From Chloroflexota bacterium (GTDB taxonomy: Bacteria > Chloroflexota > Limnocylindria > Limnocylindrales > Limnocylindraceae): 28,272 nt of DNA. Both the position numbers and the translations under genes were made by a program. This document shows, in pieces, positions 1 to 10,562 of this stretch (the first letter of the stretch is position 1; the number at the start of each line of letters is the position of its first letter). The stretch spans positions 1 through 28,272 of the forward strand of contig JAEMRB010000001.1 in assembly GCA_016463555.1 (NCBI GenBank), read 5' to 3'. Below the pieces are notes generated by a model. That model was not told the DNA's origin. It saw only the letters and a list, made by a program, of their open reading frames with translations, and made no database searches.

Positions 1-329
1 AGCAGCCAGCCGCGATAGACATCGCCCATCTTCGCCGGCAAGACACAGTTCACCCAGAATGAGAGGGTGAGGATCTCCGTTGCGGCGCGTCGCGAGATTT
101 GTAGACCAGACGCGGAGAGGATCATGCGCCAGCGCAACCCTCGTAGTGGAAAGGTGCTCCAACTGGCTGCGAGCGCAACGAGAATCCATGCGGCGTTCGC
201 GCGATTAAGCGTTGCGGCTACTTCAGCGAGGTTGAATGAGGTCGCAGCGCGCAGCACGCCTGCAACAAGAATCGCCGTTAGGAGTAAAGCGAAGATGGTG
301 GAGCGGCGCGTCAGTCGGGCGAGCAGCAT
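1..329 (-). CDS. Lysylphosphatidylglycerol-synthase TM domain / UPF0104 flippase-like membrane protein (5' part; truncated by window edge)
   Basis: Not in the ORF track; translated by hand from ATG at 329: MLLARLTRRSTIFALLLTAILVAGVLRAATSFNLAEVAATLNRANAAWILVALAASWSTFPLRGLRWRMILSASGLQISRRAATEILTLSFWVNCVLPAKMGDVYRGWL. N-terminal TM helix, R..RW and N.VLPAK.GD..R motifs typical of this family. Start lies 8 nt after the PHP gene stop. Confidence 0.75.
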   Translation of the reverse strand, partial: MLLARLTRRSTIFALLLTAILVAGVLRAATSFNLAEVAATLNRANAAWILVALAASWSTFPLRGLRWRMILSASGLQISRRAATEILTLSFWVNCVLPAKMGDVYRGWL

Positions 330-337
330 CTGATCGC

Positions 338-1048
338 CTAGCGTTCGCCGAAGGTCACGCCTGGGCGCACGCGTCGATTCCCACGGGTGGCGTTGACGAG
401 CTTTGCGATCGGCGTGAAGAGGCGCGCAAGGAGTGCGCCACGACCAGTGATGCGCGTGAGGTCGCCGTGCAGCGCCGAATGAAATCCGGCTGCGGTGTTG
501 AGGTCGCCCGTCATGATCGTGGCGGCGCCGCCGATCTCGAGCAGCGTGTGCGCATCGCTTGCAGCTACCGAAGGAATACCGCGAGCGAGTGCGAGTTCAC
601 TGGCACGCTGGTTGCCACCCGGTGCCACCAATCGGGCGTTCCAGCCTTCGATCCAGTCGACCTCGCTTAGTAGTGAGAGGGCCGCCTCGTCGCGAAGGAG
701 CGAGCCGCGCCAGCCGTCGAACGGGTGGGGGATCCCCACGAGCCCACCCTGGTCGCGGATGGCGGCGATCGCCTCGCTGGCGGGGAGGCCGGCGGCGATG
801 GGGCGCTCGAGGAAGAGGGCGATCAGGTCTCCCTGGGCGGTGCGCACCTCAGAGCCAACGATCACCGTCAGCCCAGGGGTGGCGGCGTCGCGGGCACGCA
901 AGGCGCCATCGATGCGGTCGTGGTCGGTGATCGCGAGGTGGGTGATCCCACGAAGGGCCGCGGTACGGGCAACGGCGACTGGGTCGCTCAGGGAGTCGAA
1001 GCTTGCGCTGGTGTGGCAGTGCAGGTCAACGACGGCGCGGGCCGCCAT
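338..1048 (-). CDS. PHP-domain metal-dependent phosphoesterase
   Basis: 236 aa with DLHCHT, AITDHD, PHP(F), E..N and SDAH metal-binding motifs of the PHP family; substrate unknown. Confidence 0.88.
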   Translation of the reverse strand: MAARAVVDLHCHTSASFDSLSDPVAVARTAALRGITHLAITDHDRIDGALRARDAATPGLTVIVGSEVRTAQGDLIALFLERPIAAGLPASEAIAAIRDQGGLVGIPHPFDGWRGSLLRDEAALSLLSEVDWIEGWNARLVAPGGNQRASELALARGIPSVAASDAHTLLEIGGAATIMTGDLNTAAGFHSALHGDLTRITGRGALLARLFTPIAKLVNATRGNRRVRPGVTFGER

Positions 1049-1052
1049 AGGG

Positions 1053-2051
1053 TTAGGCCTCGCTGGTCATGGACTTCGCGAACTGGTCGAAGTGTTCGAG
1101 CGCGATGCCCGTCCCCTTCGCAACGCAGCTCAGCGGGTCCGGAGCGATGTGTGAAGCGACACCGGTGACGGTGGTGATGAGGCGGTCAATGTTGCGGAGC
1201 AGCGCACCGCCGCCAGAGATCACGATCCCCTTATCAATGATGTCGGCGCTTAGTTCTGGCGGTGTCTGCTCCAGCACGGCGCGAATAGCGTCGGTAAGGT
1301 TGCGCAGCGGCACCTCGAGCGCCTCGGTGATTTCGGTCGAGGTGATCTTCACTTCGCGTGGCAGGCCGGCGATCATGTCGCGGCCCTTCACGCTCATCGT
1401 CAACTCCTCTTCGAGTGGGAGGGCGCTGCCGATCTCAATCTTCACCTGCTCGGCCGTTCGATCGCCAATCATGAGGTTGTACTTGCGGCGAATGTAGAGC
1501 GCGATCGCTTCGTCGAAGCGGTTACCACCAACACGGTGTGACTTGCTCACCACAATCTCGGAGAGTGAGATGACGGCGATCTCGGCGGTGCCGCCGCCAA
1601 TGTTGACGATCATGTTTCCCGACGGACCGCTGATCGGCAGCTCGGCGCCGATCGCCGCCGCCATCGGCTCTTCAATGAGGAACGCCTTCCCTGCACCGGC
1701 CTGGCGCGCAGCGTCGAGCACGTAGCGTTTCTCTACCGACGTTGAGCCGGCTGGAACGCTCACGAGGACGTCTGGTCGGCCGAAAGAGAATCGTCCGGCG
1801 GTGCCCTTCTTGATGAAGTAGCGGAGCATCGCCTCGGTAACGACGTAGTCGGCAATCACACCATCGCGCAGCGGTCGAATTGCAGTGATGGAGCCAGGGG
1901 TGCGTCCGAGCATCTCCTTCGCCTCGTTGCCAACGGCCACAATCTGATCGCGATCGTTGATGGCAACAACGCTCGGCTCGCGAACGGTAATGCCACTCCC
2001 CTGCACGAAGACGAGGATGTTCGCGGTTCCCAGATCGATGCCAATCTTCAT
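1053..2051 (-). CDS. mreB: Rod shape-determining protein, MreB/Mbl actin family
   Basis: IGIDLGTAN, EPSVVA, IRPLRDGVIADY, IEEPMAAAIGA, GGGT.E, SGGGALL, DPLSCVAKGTG motifs. Position after murA resembles Firmicute mbl, so paralogue identity is uncertain. Start overlaps murA stop (ATGA). Confidence 0.93.
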   Translation of the reverse strand: MKIGIDLGTANILVFVQGSGITVREPSVVAINDRDQIVAVGNEAKEMLGRTPGSITAIRPLRDGVIADYVVTEAMLRYFIKKGTAGRFSFGRPDVLVSVPAGSTSVEKRYVLDAARQAGAGKAFLIEEPMAAAIGAELPISGPSGNMIVNIGGGTAEIAVISLSEIVVSKSHRVGGNRFDEAIALYIRRKYNLMIGDRTAEQVKIEIGSALPLEEELTMSVKGRDMIAGLPREVKITSTEITEALEVPLRNLTDAIRAVLEQTPPELSADIIDKGIVISGGGALLRNIDRLITTVTGVASHIAPDPLSCVAKGTGIALEHFDQFAKSMTSEA

Positions 2052-3406
2052 CCCGCCACTCCCTCTTCGCTAACGTGGGTGAGCTCCGCGCCGAGGCCTC
2101 GGAACTTCTCCTCAATGTTCGCATAGCCGCGGCGCACGTGGTGCGCGCCGTGAATGCGGCTCGCCCCTGGTGCGGCCAGAGCGGCGAGCATCAGTGTGGC
2201 ACCTGCGCGCAGATCTGGAATCTCCGCCTCAGCGGCGCGGAACGTGGTTGGGCCCGTGACGCGCGCGGTGCGCGGATCAACGATCTCCACCTGTGCGCCA
2301 AAGCCGCGAAGTCCAACGAGCCATTCGAGTCGGTCTTCAAAGATCGTCTCCTCAATGGTGCTGGTGCCCGCGGCACGCGTCAGCATCAAGCCAGCAGATG
2401 GCTGCAGGTCGGTAGCCAGCCCAGGGAACGGCTGCGTGCGAATGTTGGTTGCGCGATAGGCGCCACCGGGAGGGAGCCCTGTTACGCGCAAGCTCTTGCG
2501 CGTTGCATCAACCGGATCGGCCTCGATCGCATGATCAACACCGAGTTCGCCGAGCAGATCGATGAATGCCTTCATGTGCGTTGGCTCAACGCCATCAACG
2601 TTGATCGTGCCACCCACAACCGCGGCGGCGGCGGCGAATGTTCCCGCCTCAATGCGGTCAGGCATGATGTGATGGCTCGCGCCGTGCAGCCCGTCAACAC
2701 CCTGAATCTCAATGCGGTCGGGCTTGGTTCGTGCGACCTGCGCGCCCATCGCGTTCAGCAGCACGATCAGGTCATCAACTTCGGGCTCCTGCGCCGCCGG
2801 TGTAATGACGGTGGTCCCCTTCGCAAGGACGGCGGCGAGGATCGCGTTCTCGGTGCCCATCACGGTGATCTGCGGGAAGGTGATGGTTGCCCCCTTGAGG
2901 CGACCGTTGCTCTTCGCAAAGTAGTAGCCGTCGCGATAGTCGATCTCGGCGCCGAGGGCGCGCATGGCGTCAACGTGCAGGTTTACGGGGCGACGACCGA
3001 TGCGATCACCACCCGGGTTGCTAATGATCACGCGGCCAAAGCGCGCCAAGAGCGGGCCCAGGAGCATGAAGCTGGCGCGCATCTTTGCTGCGGCTTCAAG
3101 TGGCACAAAGAGCCATTCGGCGTTGGCCGCCTGCAGGCTCATCGTCTCGGGGGTTGGTCGCTCGATGATCACGCCAATGTCGCGCAGGGTGTCGGCGAGC
3201 ACATCGATGTCGAGGATCCCTGGGATGTTCTCGAGGTTCACGCGCTCGCCGGTCAGCACCGCGGCGGCCATCACCTTCAGGGCGGCGTTCTTGGCGCCGC
3301 TCACCCGCACGCGGCCAGCGAGGGGTCGTCCGCCTTGAATGCGGAACTCCTCCTTCGCCAGGGGGATCGGACGGTACTCCCACGAGAACGGCTTTACGGC
3401 GGTCAT
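2048..3406 (-). CDS. murA: UDP-N-acetylglucosamine 1-carboxyvinyltransferase
   Basis: SGAKNAAL, MRASF..LGPLLAR, PGG(D).IG.RPVNLH, TVMGTEN, AQEPEV, PDRIEAGTF, FPGLATDLQ, DLRAGA motifs. Start moved from ORF-track 3472 to ATG 3406 (MTAVKPF) because a promoter-like element sits directly upstream; start uncertain. Confidence 0.95.
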   Translation of the reverse strand: MTAVKPFSWEYRPIPLAKEEFRIQGGRPLAGRVRVSGAKNAALKVMAAAVLTGERVNLENIPGILDIDVLADTLRDIGVIIERPTPETMSLQAANAEWLFVPLEAAAKMRASFMLLGPLLARFGRVIISNPGGDRIGRRPVNLHVDAMRALGAEIDYRDGYYFAKSNGRLKGATITFPQITVMGTENAILAAVLAKGTTVITPAAQEPEVDDLIVLLNAMGAQVARTKPDRIEIQGVDGLHGASHHIMPDRIEAGTFAAAAAVVGGTINVDGVEPTHMKAFIDLLGELGVDHAIEADPVDATRKSLRVTGLPPGGAYRATNIRTQPFPGLATDLQPSAGLMLTRAAGTSTIEETIFEDRLEWLVGLRGFGAQVEIVDPRTARVTGPTTFRAAEAEIPDLRAGATLMLAALAAPGASRIHGAHHVRRGYANIEEKFRGLGAELTHVSEEGVAG

Positions 3407-3412
3407 GGGCGG

Positions 3413-3442
3413 ATTCTCGCCGTTTGCAGCAGAAGCGTCCAA
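3413..3442 (-). promoter_or_regulatory. Candidate sigma70-type promoter for murA (possibly leaderless mRNA)
   Basis: Minus strand TTGGAC (3442-3437), 18 nt, GAGAAT (3418-3413), 6 nt, ATG (3406); no Shine-Dalgarno before the ATG. The -10 is non-canonical (G at first position). Confidence 0.35.
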
Positions 3443-3487
3443 CAGGGGCTCACTTTCTTCGGCCACCCGCACAGGCGGCGCGGCGGG

Positions 3488-3904
3488 CTAACGCTTGCGG
3501 CGGCGCTCAGCGACGCGGAGGTGCAGGAGGGCTCGGCTCAGCGAGGCGCGAGCGGTTGCGAGCGAGGCTGGGTCCTGTGTGCCAGCGCCAGAGATCGCCG
3601 CTTCGGCGGCGGCCTTCGCCTTCTCGACGGCGGCGGTGTCGAGCTCGCCCGACAGGTCGGCCGACTCGGCGAGCACCACCACGCGATCGGGTCGCACCTG
3701 CACGAATCCACCAATGATGGCGATGTACTCAATTGAACCGTCGAGCGTTGTGATGCGCCCTTCGCCTGCGCCAAGAACGGTCACATACGGCTCGTGCTTC
3801 GGCAGGATGCCGACCTCGCCATCGATCGTTGGCAAGACCAACGCGGAGGCCTCGCCCTTCCAGGCGAGGCGCTCCGGCGTCACGATCTCCAACGTAAATG
3901 GCAT
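3488..3904 (-). CDS. atpC: F1 ATP synthase epsilon subunit
   Basis: MPFTLEIVTPER, GEVGILPKHEP, GGFVQV..DRVVVLAESA; last gene of atp cluster. Confidence 0.95.
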   Translation of the reverse strand: MPFTLEIVTPERLAWKGEASALVLPTIDGEVGILPKHEPYVTVLGAGEGRITTLDGSIEYIAIIGGFVQVRPDRVVVLAESADLSGELDTAAVEKAKAAAEAAISGAGTQDPASLATARASLSRALLHLRVAERRRKR

Positions 3905-3918
3905 CTCGGTACGAACCC

Positions 3919-6214
<2,296 letters not shown>

Positions 6215-6241
6215 GCTCTCCTCGCCGCTCGCCCCCCGCCG

Positions 6242-7774
6242 TTAGGCGAGGAACCCCTTTCGGAATGCGTCGACGGCCTCATCGAGACCCTTCGCCGTAT
6301 CGTCAGAGATCGCGTTCTCCTTGGCGATGCTCGTCAGGATCGTGGTGCGCTCGCGCTCAAGGAAGGTGCCGAAGCCTGTCTCAAACTCACCAACGCGCGG
6401 CGTTGGTACGTCGTCGAGCTTCCCCTTTGATGCGACATACAGAATCGCAACCTGTCGCTCCATCGAGACCGGCTGGTACTGCGGCTGGCGCATGATCGAC
6501 GAGAGCTTCTCGCCGCGCGTCAGCTGGTCGCGTGTCGACTTGTCGAGGTCGCCCGAGAACTGTGCGAAGGCCGCAAGCTCGCGGTACTGCGCAAGGTCGA
6601 GCTTCAACGGACCGGCAACCTTCTTCATCGCCTTCGTCTGCGCGGCGGAACCCACGCGCGATACAGAGATACCAACGTTCACCGCTGGTCGCTGACCGGC
6701 GTTGAAGAGGTCGGTCTCCAAGAAGATCTGGCCGTCGGTGATCGAGATGACGTTCGTCGGAATGTAGGCCGACACGTCGCCCGCCTGCGTCTCAATGATC
6801 GGCAGCGCCGTCAGTGAGCCACCGCCGAGATCATCGGAGAGTCGCGCTGCGCGCTCCAACAGACGGCTGTGCAGATAGAAGACGTCGCCTGGGTAGGCTT
6901 CGCGTCCTGGTGGTCGGCGCAAGAGCAGCGCCATCTCGCGATAGGCAACCGCGTGCTTCGAAAGGTCGTCGTACACGCAGAGTGCGTCGCGCACGAGCAC
7001 GCCGTCGATCGTGACGCCGTTCTCCATGATCTCTTCGCCAATCGCGCAACCGGCGAATGGTGCGAGGTACTGGAGTGGTGCTGGATCTTCGGCGCCGGCA
7101 ACCACCACTACGGTGTGTGCCATTGCGCCCTGCTTCTCGAGCTGCGCCACAACGGTGCGCACGGTCGAGAGCTTCTGGCCGATCGCGACGTAGATGCAGA
7201 TGAGGCCCTTCCCCTTCTGGTTGATGATCGTATCGACCGCAACGGCGGTCTTGCCGGTCTGGCGGTCGCCAATGATCAACTCGCGCTGACCGCGGCCGAT
7301 TGGAATCAGTGCGTCAACGGCCTTGATGCCGGTCTGCACTGGTGTCGTTACCGACTTGCGGCTAATAACGCCCGGAGCGATGCGCTCAACTGGACGCGAC
7401 TTCTTTGCGTTGATTGGGCCCTTGCCGTCGAGCGGTCGACCGAGTGGGTCAACAACACGTCCGATCAGCTCGGGGCCGACTGGCACCTCAACAACCCTGC
7501 CGGTCGTCTTGACGGTGTCGCCTTCCTTAATGGACTTCGCGTCGCCAAGGAGCACGGCGCCGACGGTCTCTTCACCAAGGTTCAAGGCCATGCCGGCAAC
7601 GCCGTTTGGGAACTCCAGAAGTTCAGACGAGAGCGCGCCTGAAAGTCCGTAGACCTGTGCAATGCCATCGCCCACCTCAACTACGGTACCGACGGTGCGC
7701 GACTCGGCGCTCCCATCGAACCCTTCGATCTGGGCCTTCAGAATGCTGATGATCTCGTCAGACTTAATTGCCAT
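6242..7774 (-). CDS. atpA: F1 ATP synthase alpha subunit
   Basis: [62 protein letters not shown]. Confidence 0.98.
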   Translation of the reverse strand: MAIKSDEIISILKAQIEGFDGSAESRTVGTVVEVGDGIAQVYGLSGALSSELLEFPNGVAGMALNLGEETVGAVLLGDAKSIKEGDTVKTTGRVVEVPVGPELIGRVVDPLGRPLDGKGPINAKKSRPVERIAPGVISRKSVTTPVQTGIKAVDALIPIGRGQRELIIGDRQTGKTAVAVDTIINQKGKGLICIYVAIGQKLSTVRTVVAQLEKQGAMAHTVVVVAGAEDPAPLQYLAPFAGCAIGEEIMENGVTIDGVLVRDALCVYDDLSKHAVAYREMALLLRRPPGREAYPGDVFYLHSRLLERAARLSDDLGGGSLTALPIIETQAGDVSAYIPTNVISITDGQIFLETDLFNAGQRPAVNVGISVSRVGSAAQTKAMKKVAGPLKLDLAQYRELAAFAQFSGDLDKSTRDQLTRGEKLSSIMRQPQYQPVSMERQVAILYVASKGKLDDVPTPRVGEFETGFGTFLERERTTILTSIAKENAISDDTAKGLDEAVDAFRKGFLA

Positions 7775-7813
7775 GATCTTCTCGCTCCTCGCTGCTCTAC
7801 GCGCTCTGCCGGT

Positions 7814-8359
7814 TCAGCCGGCGACCGAGAGGATCCGCTCACGCATTCGCGAGAGCCGCCCCTTAACGCTGCCATCAACAAGTCGATCGCCAACACGGAG
7901 CGTTGCTCCGCCGACGAGGCTTGCATCTACTTCGTACGACATCTGAACTGCGTGGCCCGCCATCGTGGTGGCCTCGGTTTCGAATCGCGTGCGCTCCGCA
8001 GGGCTCGCCTCGAGGGCGGTGACCACGCGTGCAATGGTGATGCCGTTGCGCGCATTTAGCGCATCGCGCGTCGCCTCGGCGATTGCCGGGATCGACGCAA
8101 GGGTGCGTCGTCGCGCCAACATGCCGACCAACGTATGAATGTGTGGGCTCACCGTGCCGCCCGCCGCCTTCTCGAGCGCCGCCACGCGGCCAGCTGCTGG
8201 CGTGCGTGGGTCATCCAAGATCTGGCGTGCGCCTGGGGCCGCAATCACCGCCGCGAGGCGGTCGAGCTCGTCTGCCTGCGATGCCGCTGACGACGCGTCC
8301 TTGGCCAGGCCAAGGAGTGCCGCTGCGTATCGTCGTGCAGAGCCGAGCGGTCGATCCAC
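7814..8359 (-). CDS. atpH: F1 ATP synthase delta subunit
   Basis: ARRYA.AL N-terminus, VD.SL.GG...RVGD..VDGSV...L C-terminus; position between atpF and atpA; GTG start. Confidence 0.92.
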   Translation of the reverse strand: MDRPLGSARRYAAALLGLAKDASSAASQADELDRLAAVIAAPGARQILDDPRTPAAGRVAALEKAAGGTVSPHIHTLVGMLARRRTLASIPAIAEATRDALNARNGITIARVVTALEASPAERTRFETEATTMAGHAVQMSYEVDASLVGGATLRVGDRLVDGSVKGRLSRMRERILSVAG

Positions 8360-8361
8360 GA

Positions 8362-8934
8362 TCAGTTCCCCTTCTTGGACTGCTCGTCCAAGAACTCGCC
8401 CACGAGGGCTCGCTGGCGATCGCCGTCCATCGAGGAGCCGACCACCTTCGTGGCGGCACCAATGGCCAGATCGGCAACCTCACTGCGGATTGCGGCGAGT
8501 GCGCTGACGCGCGCCGCCTCAATCTCCTTGGTGGCGTCGACTCGCATGCGATCCAACTCCGCCTTCAGTGTGGCGACCTGCTCATCGCGAATCTGCGCCG
8601 CAGCCTTGTCGGCGTTGGCGCGGATCTCGTTCGACTCGCGTCGAGCGTCGGCGAGCGCAACGCCCGCCGCCTCTTCGGCGCGACTCTTGGCGATCATGGC
8701 CTCGGCCGCATCGCGCAGCCCGCGCTCAATGCGCTCACGGCGCTCGTCAAGCATCTTCATGACAGGTCCGAGCGCAACGGCGCGAAGGACCAAGATGAAG
8801 AAGCCGAAGTTTGCCGCGGAGACCAAGATCCAGAACAGGTTGAAACTGATCCCAGCCTCAGCAGGTACGCCCGGCTCGGGCACCTCTGCAGCTCGAATCG
8901 CCGCCTGAATAATCGCGTGCATCATGTGCTGCAC
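8362..8934 (-). CDS. atpF: Fo ATP synthase subunit b
   Basis: N-terminal TM (FW..VS..NF), P....LDERRERI..GL, long Ala-rich coiled coil. Start either GTG 8934 or ATG 8925/8922. Confidence 0.93.
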   Translation of the reverse strand: MQHMMHAIIQAAIRAAEVPEPGVPAEAGISFNLFWILVSAANFGFFILVLRAVALGPVMKMLDERRERIERGLRDAAEAMIAKSRAEEAAGVALADARRESNEIRANADKAAAQIRDEQVATLKAELDRMRVDATKEIEAARVSALAAIRSEVADLAIGAATKVVGSSMDGDRQRALVGEFLDEQSKKGN

Positions 8935-8955
8935 CAGCCCTACCTAACTCGTCGA

Positions 8956-9168
8956 CTACTTCAGGACGAGGGTAAGAATGCCGAGCACGATTGCGAGAAC
9001 GCCGAGGCCTTCAGCAAACGCTGCGCCAAGGATGAAGACGCCACGCACTGGGCCTGCGGCCTCAGGGTTGCGCCCGATTGCCGTCGCCGCAGCTGCTGCT
9101 GCAAGGCCTACGCCGATGGCTGGCCCGATCACGCCGAGTGCTGCGATTCCGCCTGGAAGGTTTTCCAT
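8956..9168 (-). CDS. atpE: Fo ATP synthase subunit c (predicted H+-coupled)
   Basis: 70 aa hairpin with GxGxG, RNPE loop and FAEGL carrying the essential Glu; lacks the Gln and Ser/Thr residues of Na+-type c rings. Strong AGGAGG RBS. Confidence 0.95.
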   Translation of the reverse strand: MENLPGGIAALGVIGPAIGVGLAAAAAATAIGRNPEAAGPVRGVFILGAAFAEGLGVLAIVLGILTLVLK

Positions 9169-9243
9169 CGCTCTGTTCCTCCTACTTGTGGTCGCTACCC
9201 GGACCTATGCCGAATACCCGACCGCGCTGCTCCTCAGCTACGG

Positions 9244-10188
9244 CTAGTGTGCCGCAACTTTCGATTCCGCTCCCGCGTCGGTATGACCCTTCGCTGGATG
9301 CTCCTCATGGCCCTCCTCGTGGTGCCCCTCCATGGCAAGCATAGTGAAGACCAACACGAGGACGCTGAAAATAATCCCCTGCATGAGCCCGACGAAGAGC
9401 TCAAGCCCGTAGAGGGCGACGGGGATGAAGGCGAAGGTGATCGTGGTCATTACGGTCAGCGCCAGCTCGCCGCCGTAGATGTTGCCGAATAGACGCATGG
9501 AGAGCGCGACCGGCTTCACAAATTCCAGGAGAAATTCAATCAGTCCAACAAAGAGGCCAACGGGCCCGCGCTTGAGGCTGAAGAATTTTCCGAAGTAGGA
9601 GCCAACACCGAGGGCGCGAATCCCTTGGTAGTGGAAGTAGCCGAACATCACCAGGGCCATGCCCACGGTGACGTTCACATCACTCGTTGGCGCACGGAAG
9701 GCGTGCAGTCGCCCGACACCAGGGATGAGGCCAGACCAATTTGACGCAACGATAAAGATGAATACTGCGAGGAAGAGGGGGAGGAACTTTTCAGAGCCGA
9801 TGCCGCCGATCCCCTTTGCAAATCCTGAGAGCGCCTCGATCGCAAACTCCACAGCATTCTGAATCTTTCCGGGAGTCTCCGTCAGCCTTCGCGCGACCTG
9901 CGCGAAGAGCAGGATCACGACCGCCATAATGATCCAGGTCATGATGATCGAACCGGTGATCGAAGGGTAGAAATCGAGGAGCGCAGCGGCGTGATGCTCC
10001 TCGTTGCCAAGATTAATGACAGCGTGCGGCACGATGGGCTCAAGGGCCAGTCGGATCACGGTGCCGGGGAATCCGACGAGCCCCTCACCTCTGGTAAGGA
10101 GAGCGGCGGCAACGTCAACGATCAGTACGATGAGGGCGCCGATGAGGAGCATGCGCTTCGGCGAGGTTCGCTGAGCTGCTACGGTCAC
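9244..10188 (-). CDS. atpB: Fo ATP synthase subunit a
   Basis: PG.IQN.VE, N.SGLIPG, PTSDVNVT, LSMRLFGNIYGGE with the essential Arg, LMQG.IF. Confidence 0.96.
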   Translation of the reverse strand: MTVAAQRTSPKRMLLIGALIVLIVDVAAALLTRGEGLVGFPGTVIRLALEPIVPHAVINLGNEEHHAAALLDFYPSITGSIIMTWIIMAVVILLFAQVARRLTETPGKIQNAVEFAIEALSGFAKGIGGIGSEKFLPLFLAVFIFIVASNWSGLIPGVGRLHAFRAPTSDVNVTVGMALVMFGYFHYQGIRALGVGSYFGKFFSLKRGPVGLFVGLIEFLLEFVKPVALSMRLFGNIYGGELALTVMTTITFAFIPVALYGLELFVGLMQGIIFSVLVLVFTMLAMEGHHEEGHEEHPAKGHTDAGAESKVAAH

Positions 10189-10562
10189 TTCGCCCTCCCC
10201 CTCTCCGCGTCTATGCGCGCTCTCTGTCGTCGTGCGGCCTCTGCACTGTCCAGTAGGTCAAGTGTCGCCAGCACTCGTCGGACCAACCGTGCCGATCCGA
10301 CTGAGCCAACGAGAAAGCCTCCGATAAAGCCGAATACCAGCCCGAACGGCCGGCTCCCGAGCTTGCCATCAAGCCAATCGCCGCCCAGCGCGCCACCTAA
10401 CGTCGTTACCAACAGCATCACTCCAATCTGCGAGAAGAGCGTGAGATACATGCCCTTGCCACCGATTGTGGTCAGCCCTTGCGGCGCATCTGCTACGTCC
10501 GATTCTAGCCGAGGGTCGCCAAACTCGCGTTCGCTTTTTGGGGCTGGGCTAGGCGTGCTCAT
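10185..10562 (-). CDS. atpI: AtpZ/AtpI-family ATP synthase accessory membrane protein
   Basis: Two TM segments with G.W(L)D.KLGS.P.G...G..GG pattern; first gene before atpB, overlapping both neighbours. Confidence 0.75.
   Translation of the reverse strand: MSTPSPAPKSEREFGDPRLESDVADAPQGLTTIGGKGMYLTLFSQIGVMLLVTTLGGALGGDWLDGKLGSRPFGLVFGFIGGFLVGSVGSARLVRRVLATLDLLDSAEAARRQRARIDAERGRAK

Noticed and set aside
3466-3487. Possible terminator after atpC (CCCGC...GCGGG)
   Set aside because: 5-bp stem, 12-nt loop, no U-tract.
2075-3736. Long plus-strand ORFs opposite real genes (553 aa here; also 8083-9492, 13216-14523, 3898-4722 and minus-strand 26727-27998, 24730-25677)
   Set aside because: Antisense shadows of murA, atp genes, HAD/prmC and gyrase in high-GC DNA; no recognisable motifs and full overlap with well-supported genes.
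8956-9168. Na+-translocating ATP synthase
   Set aside because: Subunit c lacks the Gln and Glu-Ser/Thr Na+-binding signature (reads GPAIGVG and FAEGL).
9190-9223. Possible hairpin (GGUCG/CGACC outer stem) in the atpB-atpE spacer
   Set aside because: Short stem with an irregular interior; structured spacers before atpE are ordinary and I cannot support a specific RNA family.
9244-9330. His/Glu-rich C-terminal tail of subunit a (EGHHEEGHEEH) and small insertions in AtpA (GVTIDGVLV) and GyrA ([16 protein letters not shown])
   Set aside because: Short variable tails and loops of this kind are common; useful at most as taxonomic indels.
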